Notes under the pieces: generated by a model
What the model saw: the letters and a program-made list of their open reading frames with translations, nothing else
Told to the model about the DNA's origin: nothing
Database searches by the model: none
Shown: positions 1-15,000 of the stretch, piece after piece
Layout of the letters: the number at the start of each line of letters is the position of its first letter
How positions within the stretch are numbered: position 1 is the stretch's first letter
Assembly: GCA_051294905.1 (NCBI GenBank)
Contig: CM119385.1
Coordinates: 11,222,001 to 11,286,000 of the forward strand
Source: Botryllus schlosseri
Taxonomy: Eukaryota
Length of the DNA: 64,000 bases
Reading direction: 5' to 3'
Program-made: the position numbers and the translations under genes

Positions 1-30
1 TCGTGTATGGAATGTGATGGCGATGCTTAC

Positions 31-3000
31 ACAAACGACGCATCTTCCAGAAAATTTGCGGCTTTTTTCGTGTCAATCTTCCATTGTAGGGTTTGTTCGG
101 AGCAGTTGGTTAAGTTTAATACCTTTCTATCTTCCACGGCATGGTCGGGTTTAGCTGTTTCTAGTATTTGGGGCAGAGCAGAAAAGTCCAGTCTGCAAAA
201 AATGGTGATTTTGTCAAAAATCTTGTAGCAATGAAGTCGGCTAAACGGAACACCCTGTTTACACTGGCAGTAAGTCAAACTTCTTCAGTCAAAACATCAT
301 TGTTTACAAAATTTGTCTCACTCAGGACTGAATTTGCTACAGAAGCCTTAGGGGAGATTTTATCAATTTTATGAAATAACGCTTCAAAGTGACCATTGCA
401 AAGACAAAAATATTGATGATAGAAAGGTAAAGATGCTACGTCAGGTCAAGTTCCTCTTGACAAAACATCGCTTGTGTCATATCAATCATTCGATGAAATA
501 TATATATATATATATATATTTCCATCAGGTAAAAACACTACAAGACTACTAAGCCATATAATGATCGGAACTGCGTAAAGTAGATCAATAGAATGGCCAT
601 TTTGGTGCGCAGACTGGCTGAACCTAATGCAACTTGGAAGGTTGATGATCAGACCGGTATTCAAGGGATAGTCAATGGAATACAAGATAAGAACCTTGAT
701 GTTGACATTTTCAGCACTGGACGTAATGCGGTTGCTGTGATCCTGCGTCCTGGTGTAGCGATCGTGTACACCACTTGCTTCGGGCTGACGATGTGCCTCT
801 CGGAAGGTGCCGGGGTGGGTGGGAAAGAGCTCGGGGTTGGCGACGGAACACTGGATTTGTTTATTGTCACAGGCAGATTAAAATCGTAGGATGCGATCTG
901 AAGTAAAAAAATAATAGATTACTCAAAATTTTATGATACATTGTAAGCGTGGTATGCAGAGATGGTAACTAGTCATGGTCAGTAATGAAGTGCTTCTACT
1001 GTTTTGGATTATTCATTAGATTTTGCCAAGTTGCGCTGCTTACTCTTGAGGTACTCTGTGATGATGTTTTGGGAGAAGTATTTCTCATCTCTACTCTCAG
1101 TACCCTATTATGAAAAATAGATCGTAGAATTCTGTCTGAGATTTGCCGCATTGTATGCATAACGCAACGTGTGGCTGTGAAGCTTTGTGACTACACAGAG
1201 AATTAGAGAAAAGAGTGACATTATGATAAACATGCTACATACCGAAGTTGGTAAAAATTTCAATTTGCATCGTAGCGTTTGGTGTCCAGCCAGTTCTACA
1301 GAATAAGTGTTCGGAAGCAGCTCCAAGTCTGCATTACGGTCACCTGTGATAGGAAATTAACGTTTCAATAAATCAATATCACTAATATTCCACGAATGTT
1401 ACTCGACTTGGTCTACTGAAATTGTATCTTTCCGGCAATCTTTTCGCCCGAAAGTAAGTGTACAGTATGAAATTGTACGGTACAGAATAACCGTTATTAT
1501 ATCATGACAACTTACTATTGACTTCATCCTCTGGGAAGGAAAGGTGAAAATCCATATGTTTCGATAGGTCAAAGTCGACTGTGACTCGAGTCGGCGTAAG
1601 ATTAGTCAAGTTGAAAGGAAGAATGTTGTCGCTGTTGCAGAAAACGCCACCAAACTTGAAAGCCTGAAACAAGATCTCAAATAAGGAAAATAAACAACGC
1701 AACGATCATATTATCAAACCCTAAGACGTGTGGGGTTGCAAATTTTCAAGCAACTAGAGTCATACGGAGAACTAACTCATTTTCAGGTTATCGAGCGTTT
1801 GAAAAACAATATCAATATTGTGGCTTGAATCATGACTTCACAACTAATATCACGATAGAAGTCATTACCTTTTCATCAATGTCCACACAGGGTGGTTCTA
1901 CCGTGCCACCCATGCGTAAATCGATGGTCTTCCACCCACGAATGTTAACTTTGATCCAGGTATCGAATTTCATCACTGAATTCGGTTGCAAATATACCTA
2001 GAAATAGAAGTAGAATAATAAAAATATTAAAATAAAAGGAGGAGTTGAGCCAATGACTGGTAGTACCTCTACAGACTCCAGAATCCAGACTTTCCATCAG
2101 ACCCCAAAAATAATACCAACCGACTAAACCAGCTTTCTCACCTTGAGTTCCGTATTACCACCGACTGGAATGCTACCGTGTACAGGTGCGATCGACACGC
2201 CGGGGAAAGGGTTTGAATTGACCACATAGAAAAGAGCGTGATTCTTGCCGTGGTTGCGTAGTACGGCCGTTCGTACTGTTCTCATGTTCAGCGGGACGCT
2301 TCCGAATTGAATTCTTCTTTGCGAAAACTGTCATGATAAATAGAATCAATCGATTTGTGGACAACAACACACTGCGCAGCACGGATTACTATAGCGAACC
2401 TATGATTTCCAAATGACTTCTCTTCATATTTACTATCCGAAATTATCAGCCCCAGTAGCTGAATTACAAGATCATTGCACCTTCTTAAAATACTAGGTGT
2501 AGCGTAGGTGTACTAAACTTGAATATCGCTATCAAGACTACATTCTTTGTAGCATAAAACTTTTTTGTGCCCCTTTTCAAGAGGCAACAATTATTACATC
2601 AAATTATCCAGATATAAGCTGACAAAAGGAGTCCCTCTACATTCCTAAATTATTTGATTACTATATACTGCTATATGTCTGCTCAACGTCTTTTTGTACA
2701 TTGTATAACTTGATCACATGCATTTTATTTGTTATGACTACCTCTAGTTAGCAGTACAGTTGACTTCGCCAAGCGTTTTTTTTAAATTACACTGTTACGT
2801 CACACTTCACCAAACAGTTTTCATTTGAATCACGATTCATAAGCTTATTATTGTGATGCTAACTCATGATAAGGGGACACAAGAAAAGTCTACGAGTTAA
2901 ATCTAAAGATACTGCAATGAAGATAGCCTGGAAAGCAATATTTAAAAAATCAGAGTCTGATAACCCACCTGCACGTTTGTCTGTCCCAGCTTTGCATTGC

Positions 3001-6000
3001 AAGCCAGTTGCAGAGAGTTTCCGTCACGCACTTCTAAAAGAAAATTCCCGTCCAGAGGCGCAAAGTAGCTCGGGTGAAACACGACCTTTTTCGAAAAAAT
3101 ATCACTGTGATAACATAAAGTAGGATTGCAAATTAGACGTCAGGCACAAACCTCGCATTTCAGATCTTTGAACGCTTCCACAACACCGCCAGCTGGTCGA
3201 ATCGAAAACGCAGTTCCACGTTCAGTCAGGATTGGCGACCATGAGAATTCAGCAGCGTAATTACGTCGGTTGTATAACGTCACGACGGACCTGTTCAAAT
3301 CATTACGAGAATGGTGAGAATACGAGGTTATGGGAGTCGAGTGCCGTTTACGGTTACCGGTATCCTGCTTCGGCTGGCGATTCGAATGTGGGTTCCAACT
3401 CTAATTTCTTTGTACTCAACTCCAATGCGACAGGCACGACGTTGGCTAATACGAGAATGTGACCGTCGTTTTTCCCATTCACGGTGTACCTAAAATGCAA
3501 ATCCATATCAATACGTTAATTGTCGATTTGTATGAGACAGCAGACCCAAAACCTGTGCCTAAACTACTCGTCACCTTTAGAATGAAAGTTGCGATGAATT
3601 GCAAATCTGGATACATATTTAAATTTTATTAGAGTTACATTAACATCACTGTTAGCAAAGTGTAGAAAGACATGGAATAGACATAGGTGATCTGTAACGA
3701 AATATTCTACTTCTTTGGAGTACTCTGTCTACTTTCATCACTTACTCTAGTGGTTATGTTTCAAGAGTACTTCCGCTTCTACTATGGGAGTTTTTGAAGT
3801 TTACCTACTGTAACAGATCCCTGTTATCGTTCAACCATGAAATGTGTATATCTCGTAACAGAGAGACATCCTGTTCTAGAGTAATTTGCCTCTAGTATAA
3901 AACTACTGATTCTCTCGTATCAGGAGACTCATTTGCTAAACCTACTTGTAACAACGTCTGAAATATATTCGTATGTCTTGCGTATATCTGCGTCTTAAGA
4001 AGATCTCACCAGGATACAGGATTCCAGGTTAAGTAGTCAGCCAGCTAAACCTATAATACTTTGGTTAGCTATACTTCTACTCCCAGCAACATTATACCAT
4101 GTATTGTTGCACTACCAACTTTTCAAATTTCATATTTATATTCATTTCATAGCATGTTAAAAAGCAGTGTTTGCATCAGTCATATAATGAAATTGTCATA
4201 GTGTCTGTCACTGTGTTACAGTACCAAAAAGCAATCTGCATAAGTCGTGAAGATATATCTAATGATTTAGAAAGATGTCACTCATGAACATCCAACGAAA
4301 GTACACGGCACCTCTCCCGAATTTGATATACTTCTTCAAACTACCTACTTGAGTAATTTACAATTCTTAAAATTTCCTATTCCTACTGGTAATTGAGTAG
4401 AAATTTACGGCATTACTTACTACTTGCTATTTGTATTTGAATGTCATTGACGGCTACTTTGACCAGTGTACGTTGCATATTTTGGAAACTGACCAAAAAT
4501 TTACAAACAATCAAGAAGGTGTTTATCAAAACTACAATCCTACAAAATGGATCTCTGAAATCTTCCTTCGTCCTTCGATTCGAAAACCAATCCCAGCTGC
4601 GCTTTCGAATTGGGCGGCAGAACTTGAGACAGCGGAGAGGTCTGTCGCAGCTCCTCGCAATTTATCGTCACCTGCCGAAATATGACAAAGTGATTCGCGG
4701 GCTTTTAAAAGACATGCCGTCAAGTACCTGAATGTGAATGTACTGGTTCAGGTTGTTGATGATGTTCAGATGTTTCACGTTGGTGGATCTGGTGCACACT
4801 TGACAGAAGTCTATCGTCGGAGGTCCGACAATGATCTTATGAAGATCCTGGTAAAGGAAGATGAATTTGAATATTTTTGCCGGTCTTGTAGACCGAAACT
4901 CACAGACTGGGGTTATATAGCAGTTGAAAAGGGTCCAAAATGAGAATTTGCTAATACTTTTGATTCGATAATAAAGCTTACTCAGGTTTACTGCTTGATT
5001 TATTATTAGTCTTTGGTTAAGGAATGTTTTGAACGTATTATCTGTAACAGAAGCAAAGATTACTAAAGTGATTTATGACATTTTTTTTTGTTTCATTATT
5101 CCTACAGCATTCTTCGATTTTAGTAGGGCCGCAAAATATCAAAATAATTACACTTGCTTCCATCAAGCGAAATTTTAGAAAAGTTCGGGAACCAATGTTC
5201 TGAACAGAGTACAAACAGTAAATTTTTAATGCTACGATCTCGTAGGAAAAACCTGATTGAGTGCGTCGGTACTGACGACTTATACACATAACACAGTGCT
5301 CATTAACCTTTTGGATTTCCTAATTGCCAACGATTGCACCCCGATGGGTGTCAGCTCAAAAATATTCGGATTTATTGCAAATATAAATGTTGTTAAATTG
5401 CTAGTTAACCTGTGGGGAAAGTTCTCTCAGGCAGTCCGCTTTTTCGTTTCTTGTAGTCGGAACAGCGTTGAGCCCGTCGCTTATGGGTCGTGCAGCCGTA
5501 TTTCTTTCGGCGGTCGCCAACGTTTTCGTTGTGAGAAGTTGGGTACTTTCGGGAACAGCTGGCACCGGCGCGATGTCTAGATAGTTATAAGTAGGGCAAT
5601 TGTTTTTGACATATAAAAAAAAAGTCAAAATTAGGTCAAAATTGTAGCGTGAGGTCAAGAATGTAAAAAATTGTAAACGAAGTCAAAATTTTTTTACAAC
5701 CTGCATTTCGTTTGTATCGTAGATTTTGCACTGTCGAGGAACTTATCATTTGACATTTTACAACTTGTAGCCTACTTTATAGTCCTACCGTCGTAGACGG
5801 CCCATTGTCTGCTCATTGTGAATCATAAACATTCAAATAAAACAAATAGCTTGACATGGTGTTATGCTCAACGTACCACAATATCCCAACTGAAGCAAGA
5901 CTGCGTGGGCATTGCATGGTTCTTATATCAAGAAGCGCATGATGAAAAATTGTGATGTAGACACCATTGTCGGAATGAAGCAACATGGTGTGTCACCAGC

Positions 6001-9000
6001 AGTGTACGCAGTAATTCATTGTTGTCAGCCAACAACTGCTGCTGCCGAACGTTCTTTCTCCATTCTCGGCAAGCTACTTAGTAAGGACAGACACTTTCTA
6101 CCCGAGAATGCAGGAAAGTATCTTTCGTTGTACTACAACAGATTTGAACTATTTCTACCATAATACATTTTGTAACTACTGGAATTCTTCATAGGGCCAG
6201 ATTTTGTTAAAATCAAGTTTTTTCATGAAAAAATGTGTCAGTTTTTGAGGCAAAAAAGTTTTTTCAGACCAAACTACTTCGTAAGGACAGAAAGTTCGAA
6301 CCAAAAATGATGATAAGTGGTACAATTCTAACACTATGTGGGAAAACACCTAATTAGGTCAAAATTTGGTCAAAATTAAGTTTTTTAAGGTGAAAAAATG
6401 TCAAAATTTTGATTTTTAATGTCAAAATCTTTCGATTTTTAGGTAAAAAATAAATTGCCCTAAAGCATAGGTAGTCAGTAACAAAGTACTTTTACTTTTT
6501 CGTAGTACTAAACAAGACATTGCATACTTGCAGTACTTACTCAGGTGGTTCTGCTTTTCGACTACAAATTACTTCAGGACTTTCCATACCTGCCATTTTC
6601 TTCTTCTTAAAGTGAATTTGACATGTCTTACACATTGCTACTTCCACTTTGTAATTGCAACGTAGCTTCTACTTCTACTGGAGTAGAAACACTATCTACT
6701 TTGACCACCTCTGCGTAGAAGCTTCCAGCGAGATTTTAGCCGCATCAAAGTCACTAACAAGATACCTGTGGCGTCGATTTCTCTGGCTGAAATTTTCGGA
6801 GGCACCAAACCTTTGCCGGGCGTAATGCCTAGATCGGTGTCACTATTGTGAAGCATGAATTCTCTGGCAAAAATAACCGGGAGTCAGGCGAGTGGATTGG
6901 AAAAGATTTATCAATGCTCACTTGAATTGCGTGCTTTCTTTTCTGTCCACGGCGCCTTTTCGTAAATAGTCAATGTACTTTTGTTTGTGCTCTTTAATTT
7001 TAGCGTCTTCTTCGTCGTCGTAAGTGTAATCGGGGTCGGTGTACGTGTATCGTGGCATGTTCGTGAAAGGGGTTTTGTAATTGATATTTTGGTCGCTGGG
7101 ACGGATGCTTTGGAATCTAAACAGGCAAGAGCGAATGCTTTAGAAATGAATTTTTTACATGCAAGTAAAGTGGTGTGTATGACGGATATCATCGCCAAAA
7201 CATCGCACTTCTCGCTCAAATATTTTCATAATTTGCACACGTAAAAGATTTAAACTGTGTTTTGCGTGGCAACAATACGAGATATGCTGCAACTCGGGGT
7301 TGTCAAAATATTGGTTGACTCAAATCGACTGGGACCCGACTCTACCGTGATATGTTAAAATACCTCACCCCGACCCGAAATAGCTACTCAACATTACTTT
7401 TGACCCCGCGATACTTAATAGGATGGGTAGCAAATATGGCATTGAATAGTAGAAAATATTCATTACCATATTAATCGTGAATCAAATTAAGGGCAGAGAT
7501 CAGAAAGTTAGCTTATCCGCGAGAGTGCCAATTTTCTGATTAAAACTTTTATCCGTGACGCATAAAGTTGGATTAGATTTCGCGCTAGGATCCCGAGTCG
7601 TCTAGTGAAATTTTAACCCAGCTAAGTAGGTGCCACGATGAACAGTTTTCGAACAGACGATTAGTATTCGCCCAGATAAGCAAACTTTATGATATCCGCG
7701 TTTGATCTAAGATGAAGATAATTTTCATGAAATCATTAAAAATGATATATGCATTGTGCGACCACAAAACAACGTGTTTCCGAGTGTATTTGAGCAAAAT
7801 AAATTACAATACCTGTCGTCTGGGTGTACAAGTATAGCGCTCTTATCTGCAATTCTCTTGTTCTTGATGATCGTCTGCGGCTTGCTCTTGGGAAATCTAT
7901 CAAACACCACTAAGTTTGTAGACAAGGCTAACAACAAGAATAGCTGCATTTGTAATACCGTTCCTGCTGCTTCTTATAAACGGGCCGCGCCGATGCGATA
8001 TACTGCATCGGAATCTCCTGGAACTTTTTAGACGAAATTTTCCATTGCTCGGAATCCACAATGTCTCCGATAACGTCGATGGCTTGAACTGGATTAAAAT
8101 TCCCAGCTTGCCGTGGACGAAATGTGACAATAATATCCTGAAATGAATTGAAAATTGAATACTACAAATATAAGACAATCAAGACTCCCACAGTAGTTAA
8201 ATAGCATGGTGGATGTAGCGGATGCAGAATACTATAAAACATACATAATCTAGTGATATAATCAGCTTTAGTCTATTCTTTATTATTGCTGATTTAAAAC
8301 ATTATTCATCATGAAAAACAAATGTCGTCACAAACAAACACGTCGTCCAAATATCATATGATCGACCGAAAAGATCATCGCTGCATCAAGTATGCCGGAC
8401 CTGATGTGTGGAACAGTATCCCGCCGGCCTTTCGACAGTCGACGAGCATGTCCACATTCAAGTCGAAATACAAGCAATTACTACCAAATGAATACTAGTC
8501 CATCCTCAAAATTACCGGACCACGACTGACCTATCGATCTCGCCTTCCATGACATGCCACCCCATTTTTGTCGCTTGCTTTTTTCTATACTATCTTCTTT
8601 ACTTTTCATTCAGTGTGCATGCCTCCTCCTCTTTACATTGCCTAGGCCAAGGTGGGTGTCTGATTCTATAGACTACTCCAAGTCGCTTCGACACCTTCCT
8701 ATCTTTTCATTGTATCGCATTTGTGGTGTGTTGAACTGATAAAATTGCTAATAAACCAATGATGATGATGATATCAGAACTGTCAGTAGCATAGAGTCAA
8801 AATTGTACCAATTTACAACACTCACCAACAAAATTATCAACTGATGAAGTAACTGTTGTTTTTTACCATTGTAAATGTGTTGTTTCAATGACTGCATCAA
8901 CCTAGCCAACCAACAAGGTCACGACTAACCAGTTCAGTAGAACAAATGCCCTGTACACATTGATCACATAAGTATAATGATCCATTATTCCGCATACTGC

Positions 9001-12000
9001 CGTTCACATCAAAATCTTCAGAACTCACTTTAGTTTCGCCAGCCTTGATTTTGACCGCTGGGGGAGACACATCGAAGTGAGCTATTTTGCGAAATTCAAC
9101 TTGAAGCGGCAAAAGCGCCGATTCATTCACGATAGAGCATATCCGCTGATCCATGCAGCCACATTCGATATCTTCGAACTGGATGACATTACTCGGGACG
9201 ATGTTCATCAGCACGGGCACTGCCGTAGCTGTGACAGCAACTTCCACGTGTCGTTTTGCTGAAATAAGCAACGCAATCAATGCAAGTTGATGAACTATAT
9301 TGCTTTAGTGTCCAAAGTTAGGCACAAACATTCTTCAAAGAGTTTGCCTCATTAGTTTGATGACATTTTCATCCCGCCGAGAGATGTTCACTCTCAAAAT
9401 ACATACCTACTTACCCCCACCCAATAGTAACCTAGCTAACAGATCCATTACCTATTCAGGATCTGTTTGCGCTTAAGCATTTCATCTGTTAATCTTGATT
9501 TTAGTAATCATTTGTACTCAAGCCTTTTCAGATAGGCTGTTCTTACCACTATATAAAGCATCTGCAAACCACCATTTGTTGGTTTTTTACGTTGACGCAA
9601 AATTAATTGTAAATCTTACTTAGTCTTACTTTGGTTCCTAGCTTACGTTAATCTTAATTCTGTTACATTCGTTGGCCGTATGTTGCTATTGCTGTGTTAA
9701 GTGTCAGCTATCTTCATCAAGTTGTATGTTGCTGTTGCTGTACTATGTGTCTGCTATCTTCATGAATTCGTATGTTGCTGTTGCTGCACTACGTGTCTGC
9801 TATCTTCATCAAGCTGCATGTTGCTGTTGCTACACTATTCGTCAGCTATCCTCATTCGAATTCGACTTGAGCGTACTATTATGTTAATAAAGTTGTGGAA
9901 CGCGTGTATGAATTACAACAATTAGCATCCGTAGATAACCCCATAGACAGGCTTCTTAGCCTATAATCGGTAGAGCAGGATTTAGACTGCCGCACAGAAA
10001 CAGGATCTATAATTTGGAATTCACTACCATAATGTATCTGAAAACTGCCGTATGATAGATTTTAAAAGAGTTTACTTGACTATCCCCTACTGTCATTTTA
10101 ACACTGTTACCCTACTTAGCCCAGACATTGTTCTTATTTTATATATTTGTTACCATTACCTAATTTTTTCTTTCCATTTTGATTACCGCTTTTTACAACC
10201 AGGTAATGTAGAGACAGTGTACTTGTTTGATCAGACTAGTTGACCTCTGAGGTCATATCTATCACTCTTATCCACTTTTGTTTTCAGCCAGTATTATCAC
10301 AAAAGTCAATTTTTTCAGCTGGTTTCATTACAAAAAGAGATTGACAGTAACCGGTAACGCCCACCGGTTCTGTAATTTTGAGGTTCTATAGAACCGGAAC
10401 GAACCAGATGAATCCGATACCGAATACCATGCATGCGTTTTTCTTCTCTATCATCATTGATGATGTCTGTTTTTCTTGTATTTCGGTTAGATGAAAAATA
10501 AAGACCGATGAAGTATAAATTTTTTTATCGTACTTACGTCTTTCGATGCTCGTAAGAAAACTGTCATTGCTCCCGATCATGTCGAACGATAAAAAGAGAG
10601 AGAAATCCTGTCTCGGAGGTGGTTTTTCCGATGACTCCCAGCCGACGAGGGATCCATTAAATCTTGGGCTGAACCTGTTTTGTAGTAGGAAGCTGATTAT
10701 TAACAACGGATTTCCCACTTGTCAGGTGTACTATTACAAATATTTTCTCTTTTTTTGGTGATTTCACTCGATAAAGATTTTTGGGAAAAGCGCTTGATCG
10801 AATCTTCAACAAAGTAAAATCATACAGCCTAATCTATACTTCTGCAGGAGTAATTATATTGAAGGTAGTCAATGTAGTCTATGGGGGTACGCAGTAGAAG
10901 TACTTCTTGATTACAATTGTAATTGCATAAACTTCATGCAGACAGTTGATCACATTCAGGTTCAATTACTTCAAGTCAGCTTCTGAGCAAGTATCATTAA
11001 CAACCGGAGGTGGTCAAAGTATAGATTTGTGTAACATGCACAGGTAATGCTGTAAATTTCTACTCAATTAGAAGTGGCAGTGGGGATTTTCAAGACATTC
11101 GAAAACCAAGGAGAAGACGTAAGGTCTGATTTTTTGAGACAATCGCCGCCGACAGTTATTAAAATTGCAAGATGCATCTTTGCGACTAGCCCAGAAATGA
11201 CTGTGGACGAGGAAATTGGGTGTAACTTTCAAAGATATACTATGTTACAATCACACATGGTTTTCATGTCAATTCAATTCATGACCATGATGCAAAACGA
11301 AATATAAAACGAAACAGTACTTTTTCTTCAAAACTTTAGAAGTAGAAGTATAACAACGTAACTATTTGAGTAAGCAGTCGAAGTAGTCAAGTAGACAATA
11401 CAAACTCGAGTTTACTGAAAAAGAGGAAGCATATCGTAATTGACCACTTATGTTTAACGAGTGCTTTCGCAACACCAGCGATTCCCTCATTTTGTGAAAT
11501 GTTATCGAGCACACCGAAACGAAACAGGAACGCTTTGGTAAGCTCCGATCTTCCCCTGGTTCGGAATCACAGTGATAAGTGACGTCAGGTGATCGTACGC
11601 TTTTCCGCGGATTCTTTCCATGGGCGACGTCGCGAGAGTAGCCGCAGTGGATTTGGTTAAATCGGCACCCTTCAAAAGTGATTGTTACCATGAGCGCATG
11701 AATACTCAGAGGTGGTCAGAGTAAACAGCATTGCTACTCAAGTAGAAGTGGAAGTATTGTTGAAAATTTTAACTCAATTACAAGACGAGTAAAAACTACA
11801 TCGACTGGAAGTACAAAATGGACACTGGACAGTCTATATTAGTGGTACGCCTCCCACCATCGAAGTCATTTCAAGGGGTACGCGGTAAATGCATTTCTTT
11901 TCAAGTACGGTATAATTGCAGTTTTCGCAGATAGTTAACGTAAATTTTTTCTAATGCAAGAAATGTCTTCATCGAGGGCATAGGAAAATACTTGGTGTCA

Positions 12001-15000
12001 TTCGACTACATTAATTATGCCTGGTTAGTGTGTGTTAGAATCCTCCTCTGATTAGATCATGAGCCGCATCTGTTTGGAAATTTTCGGGCCGACTTATTTG
12101 CTAACTTGCCCGTGTTAATAACCCTATATACATTTGCAGCAAAGTTGAGTCTTTCGTTAATTTGTTGGCTTGCAAAAAACAATTGAACCCGGACAAAGGT
12201 TGAGAGCCACTGTTCTAACTATTAGGTATTTTCAAAAAGTAGATTCGATCGAGAGCCGCATACTTTGGGCAGTTAATCAAGGTCGGCTACTGTCAAAATT
12301 TCAAGCTACAACAAGCTACAAATAGACACAATTTTTGAGATGATATTCAGTTGTTACGTATTCATAAAAAGACGCAAACTTATCCAAAAACTACTCTCTA
12401 CTTTTCAAATCCAAAGGAAAAAGGTACCTTGAAGTTGACTGAAGACATAACCACTCGTGCAAGGAGCTCAAGTAGGAATCATATTAGAGTACATCGATCA
12501 AGTAGAATTTAAAAAATATATTCATTATTAAATATATCAGAACCATTAAAATATCATTAGCGGAAAAGGAATTTCAAAAACTCGCATCTAACTACGTTGT
12601 ACGTATCCAATTATGACCCTGAAGACTATCGGCTTGAAAAACATCGGGTTTTAATATATTTATATAACAAATATATTATGAAAATGCATATTGAAGTTAT
12701 GTTCCCCAAAATGTATTTTGAAAAAGTAGAAGTACTTCGTTACTGACCACCGTGTATAATTTGAATACTAGATGCAAAGTATATAATCTCACAGCTTCTT
12801 GTCCATCCACGTCCTCCTGTAACACGGAAACCCATTGTACATCATCCGGGCCGTTGTTATGTAATGTGGCGTGATATATCTTGTCCGTCCCGTAGTACGC
12901 CGGACCGAACGGCACGCATTTCAGTGGTTTACGTTTGTCGTCCAACACTTGCAATTCTTGCTCGACTATCGAGCCCTTGATGTGCAGCTCCGTGTCTTGC
13001 AGGCCTTCCAATTTCACTCTGTAATTGTGAGTTTACGATCTATTAATGGAAATTTGAAGGTAAGACTTAAGGAGAAGACGTCTCTGACAACAGGCGAGAC
13101 GCAATGACAACACCAGGTCTGACGATAGTCGCATGCACCAGGAGGTGGTGTCACTAATAATGTACTTTGACTCTTTCAGTGTACTCAAGTAGGTTTTGCC
13201 TACTTGGAGTACTTACTCGAGTTGTTACATTTTTCGACTGCTTCCACATTGACTTGAACAGATTTCGAAAAGTGAAAAGTAGTTTTCGGAAAGGTATGCA
13301 TCACTTACGTGTGAGATTGTCAGAAAAACCGGGCAAAACAGCTCTTGCATCACGTTAACTGAATATATTTTCAAAGATTGCAGCTATTTGTAGTGCAAAT
13401 ATTTATTTTGCGTTAGTCGCGAAGATGCATCTGCTCAAAGTATGCGACCCATCAACTAAATCTTCTTTACAATATCAATTCTCGGACCTTTCATATTCTT
13501 CTTCCACTTGAATTGGTCTTGACATGACATTCAAATCGATATTTTGCTTGTAATTGACTGGAATGTGCAGACGTTACTTCTACTCCCACTCAAGTACGAA
13601 TGCTGACTACTTTGATCACCTCTTAATGTACCGTTTGAATTTATTGAAATACAGTGAAACTAAATTTGAGTTATATTGGTCATAAAACACAAAACGGTTG
13701 TGTTGGTCTGTTGCTCTGTTATTTCTATTTTCGATTGTGCCATTTTATAATTATTGACACTCTCTCTTTCTAAAGAAATCGGTGCAGAACAGAATCGCGG
13801 GATGCTAAAACAGTACCGTAGCTTGATTTACTCAAATGCAAGTAGAAAAGCAAAGAAAATTTAAGCATCATCGTGAATAATGTTTTTCCTCTTGTAAAAA
13901 GTAATTTTTGAGCCAAATATATTGAATACCGGGCTACTCACTTAGCAATTTCACTAATCTCGCAGGGTCTTTCAGTGACGATCTCGACCTTGATTAACTG
14001 GATCGTTTTCGGGGCAACTTGACCCCTTTTCGGAGCAATAACGAACGGTAGTTCGCCGTCGTAGGTGATTTGGAATTCTCCCGGTTTAGAGCCGTGATTG
14101 ATCAGAGCCACCTCTTTATGAATGACTCTGCTGTTGGCTACCACTACTCCGAAATCCACAGGTCCTTCAAGATCAAGCAGCGGAGTTGGTGTATATCTGA
14201 AAAGCGCAATAAATTCTTGACAGACGCATTCAAGTAACTTCATGAAATGATATGTTTCCAAGTAGAGTAATATTGTTTAAATCTTCGTAGCCATTCAATA
14301 GGTTTGTAATTAAACTTGATGAAAGCAGTTCCTCAAGCTCATTGCTGAAATTCCTGCTGTACAATTTTTAATTACGTGTTTCTGATCGGAAAGTGAACCA
14401 TAAAGATCTACTGCGTTGGGATCAAGATTAGCGAAAGCTTGTAGGGTCGAGCAATAAAATTTATAACCAGAACAAATTATTTTAATTCTACCGGAACCGT
14501 TGAAGTAATTAGTTGGGCCCCATTAACTTGAACACAATATGCAGCTTGCGCTTGCCTATGACTGAAATCATTCAATAAGTTGGAATGTATTGTTTGCAAA
14601 CAAATTAAATTCAACCGTCAGTCTTTACGATACCATAAAGCTGTAGCAAACAGTGCTTGAAATTTTTCACACTGTGCCTCACCAACTATAATGCTGTGCC
14701 TCCCTTAATGAATTCTATCATGTATTCCATAATATTCTATAGTTCACGAAGCACAGATTTGAAAATCCATCCTACTGATTTTAGGCATGAAATCAATCTT
14801 GACTCACGCATATAAAGGTATCTCCACAATATCCTCGTCGACAGCGAGAATGATACGATCTCTTGCATCTTCTGCGATGTTGCTTTCAAATTCGACTGTC
14901 GCATGGAGGACGAGACCCGGTGCAACTGGATGAGTGGGGTTCTCAACGATGAGCCGAAATTTCTAGAGAAATTTTGTGAGAGTTTGGTAGGAGATGCACA

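Noticed and set aside
593-889. 98-aa plus-strand ORF that reads like a plausible protein
   Set aside because: Lies antisense to CFAP47 exon 695-897, whose frame joins cleanly on both sides (STSR|LDF); no splice partners or homology recognised.
4431-4943. Plus-strand ORFs 4431-4685, 4441-4731 and 4734-4943
   Set aside because: Shadows of CFAP47 exons 4544-4671 and 4728-4847.
9678-9862. Regular 46-bp repeats as a possible CRISPR array
   Set aside because: Contiguous tandem units with no unique spacers, in a eukaryotic intron, with no cas genes.
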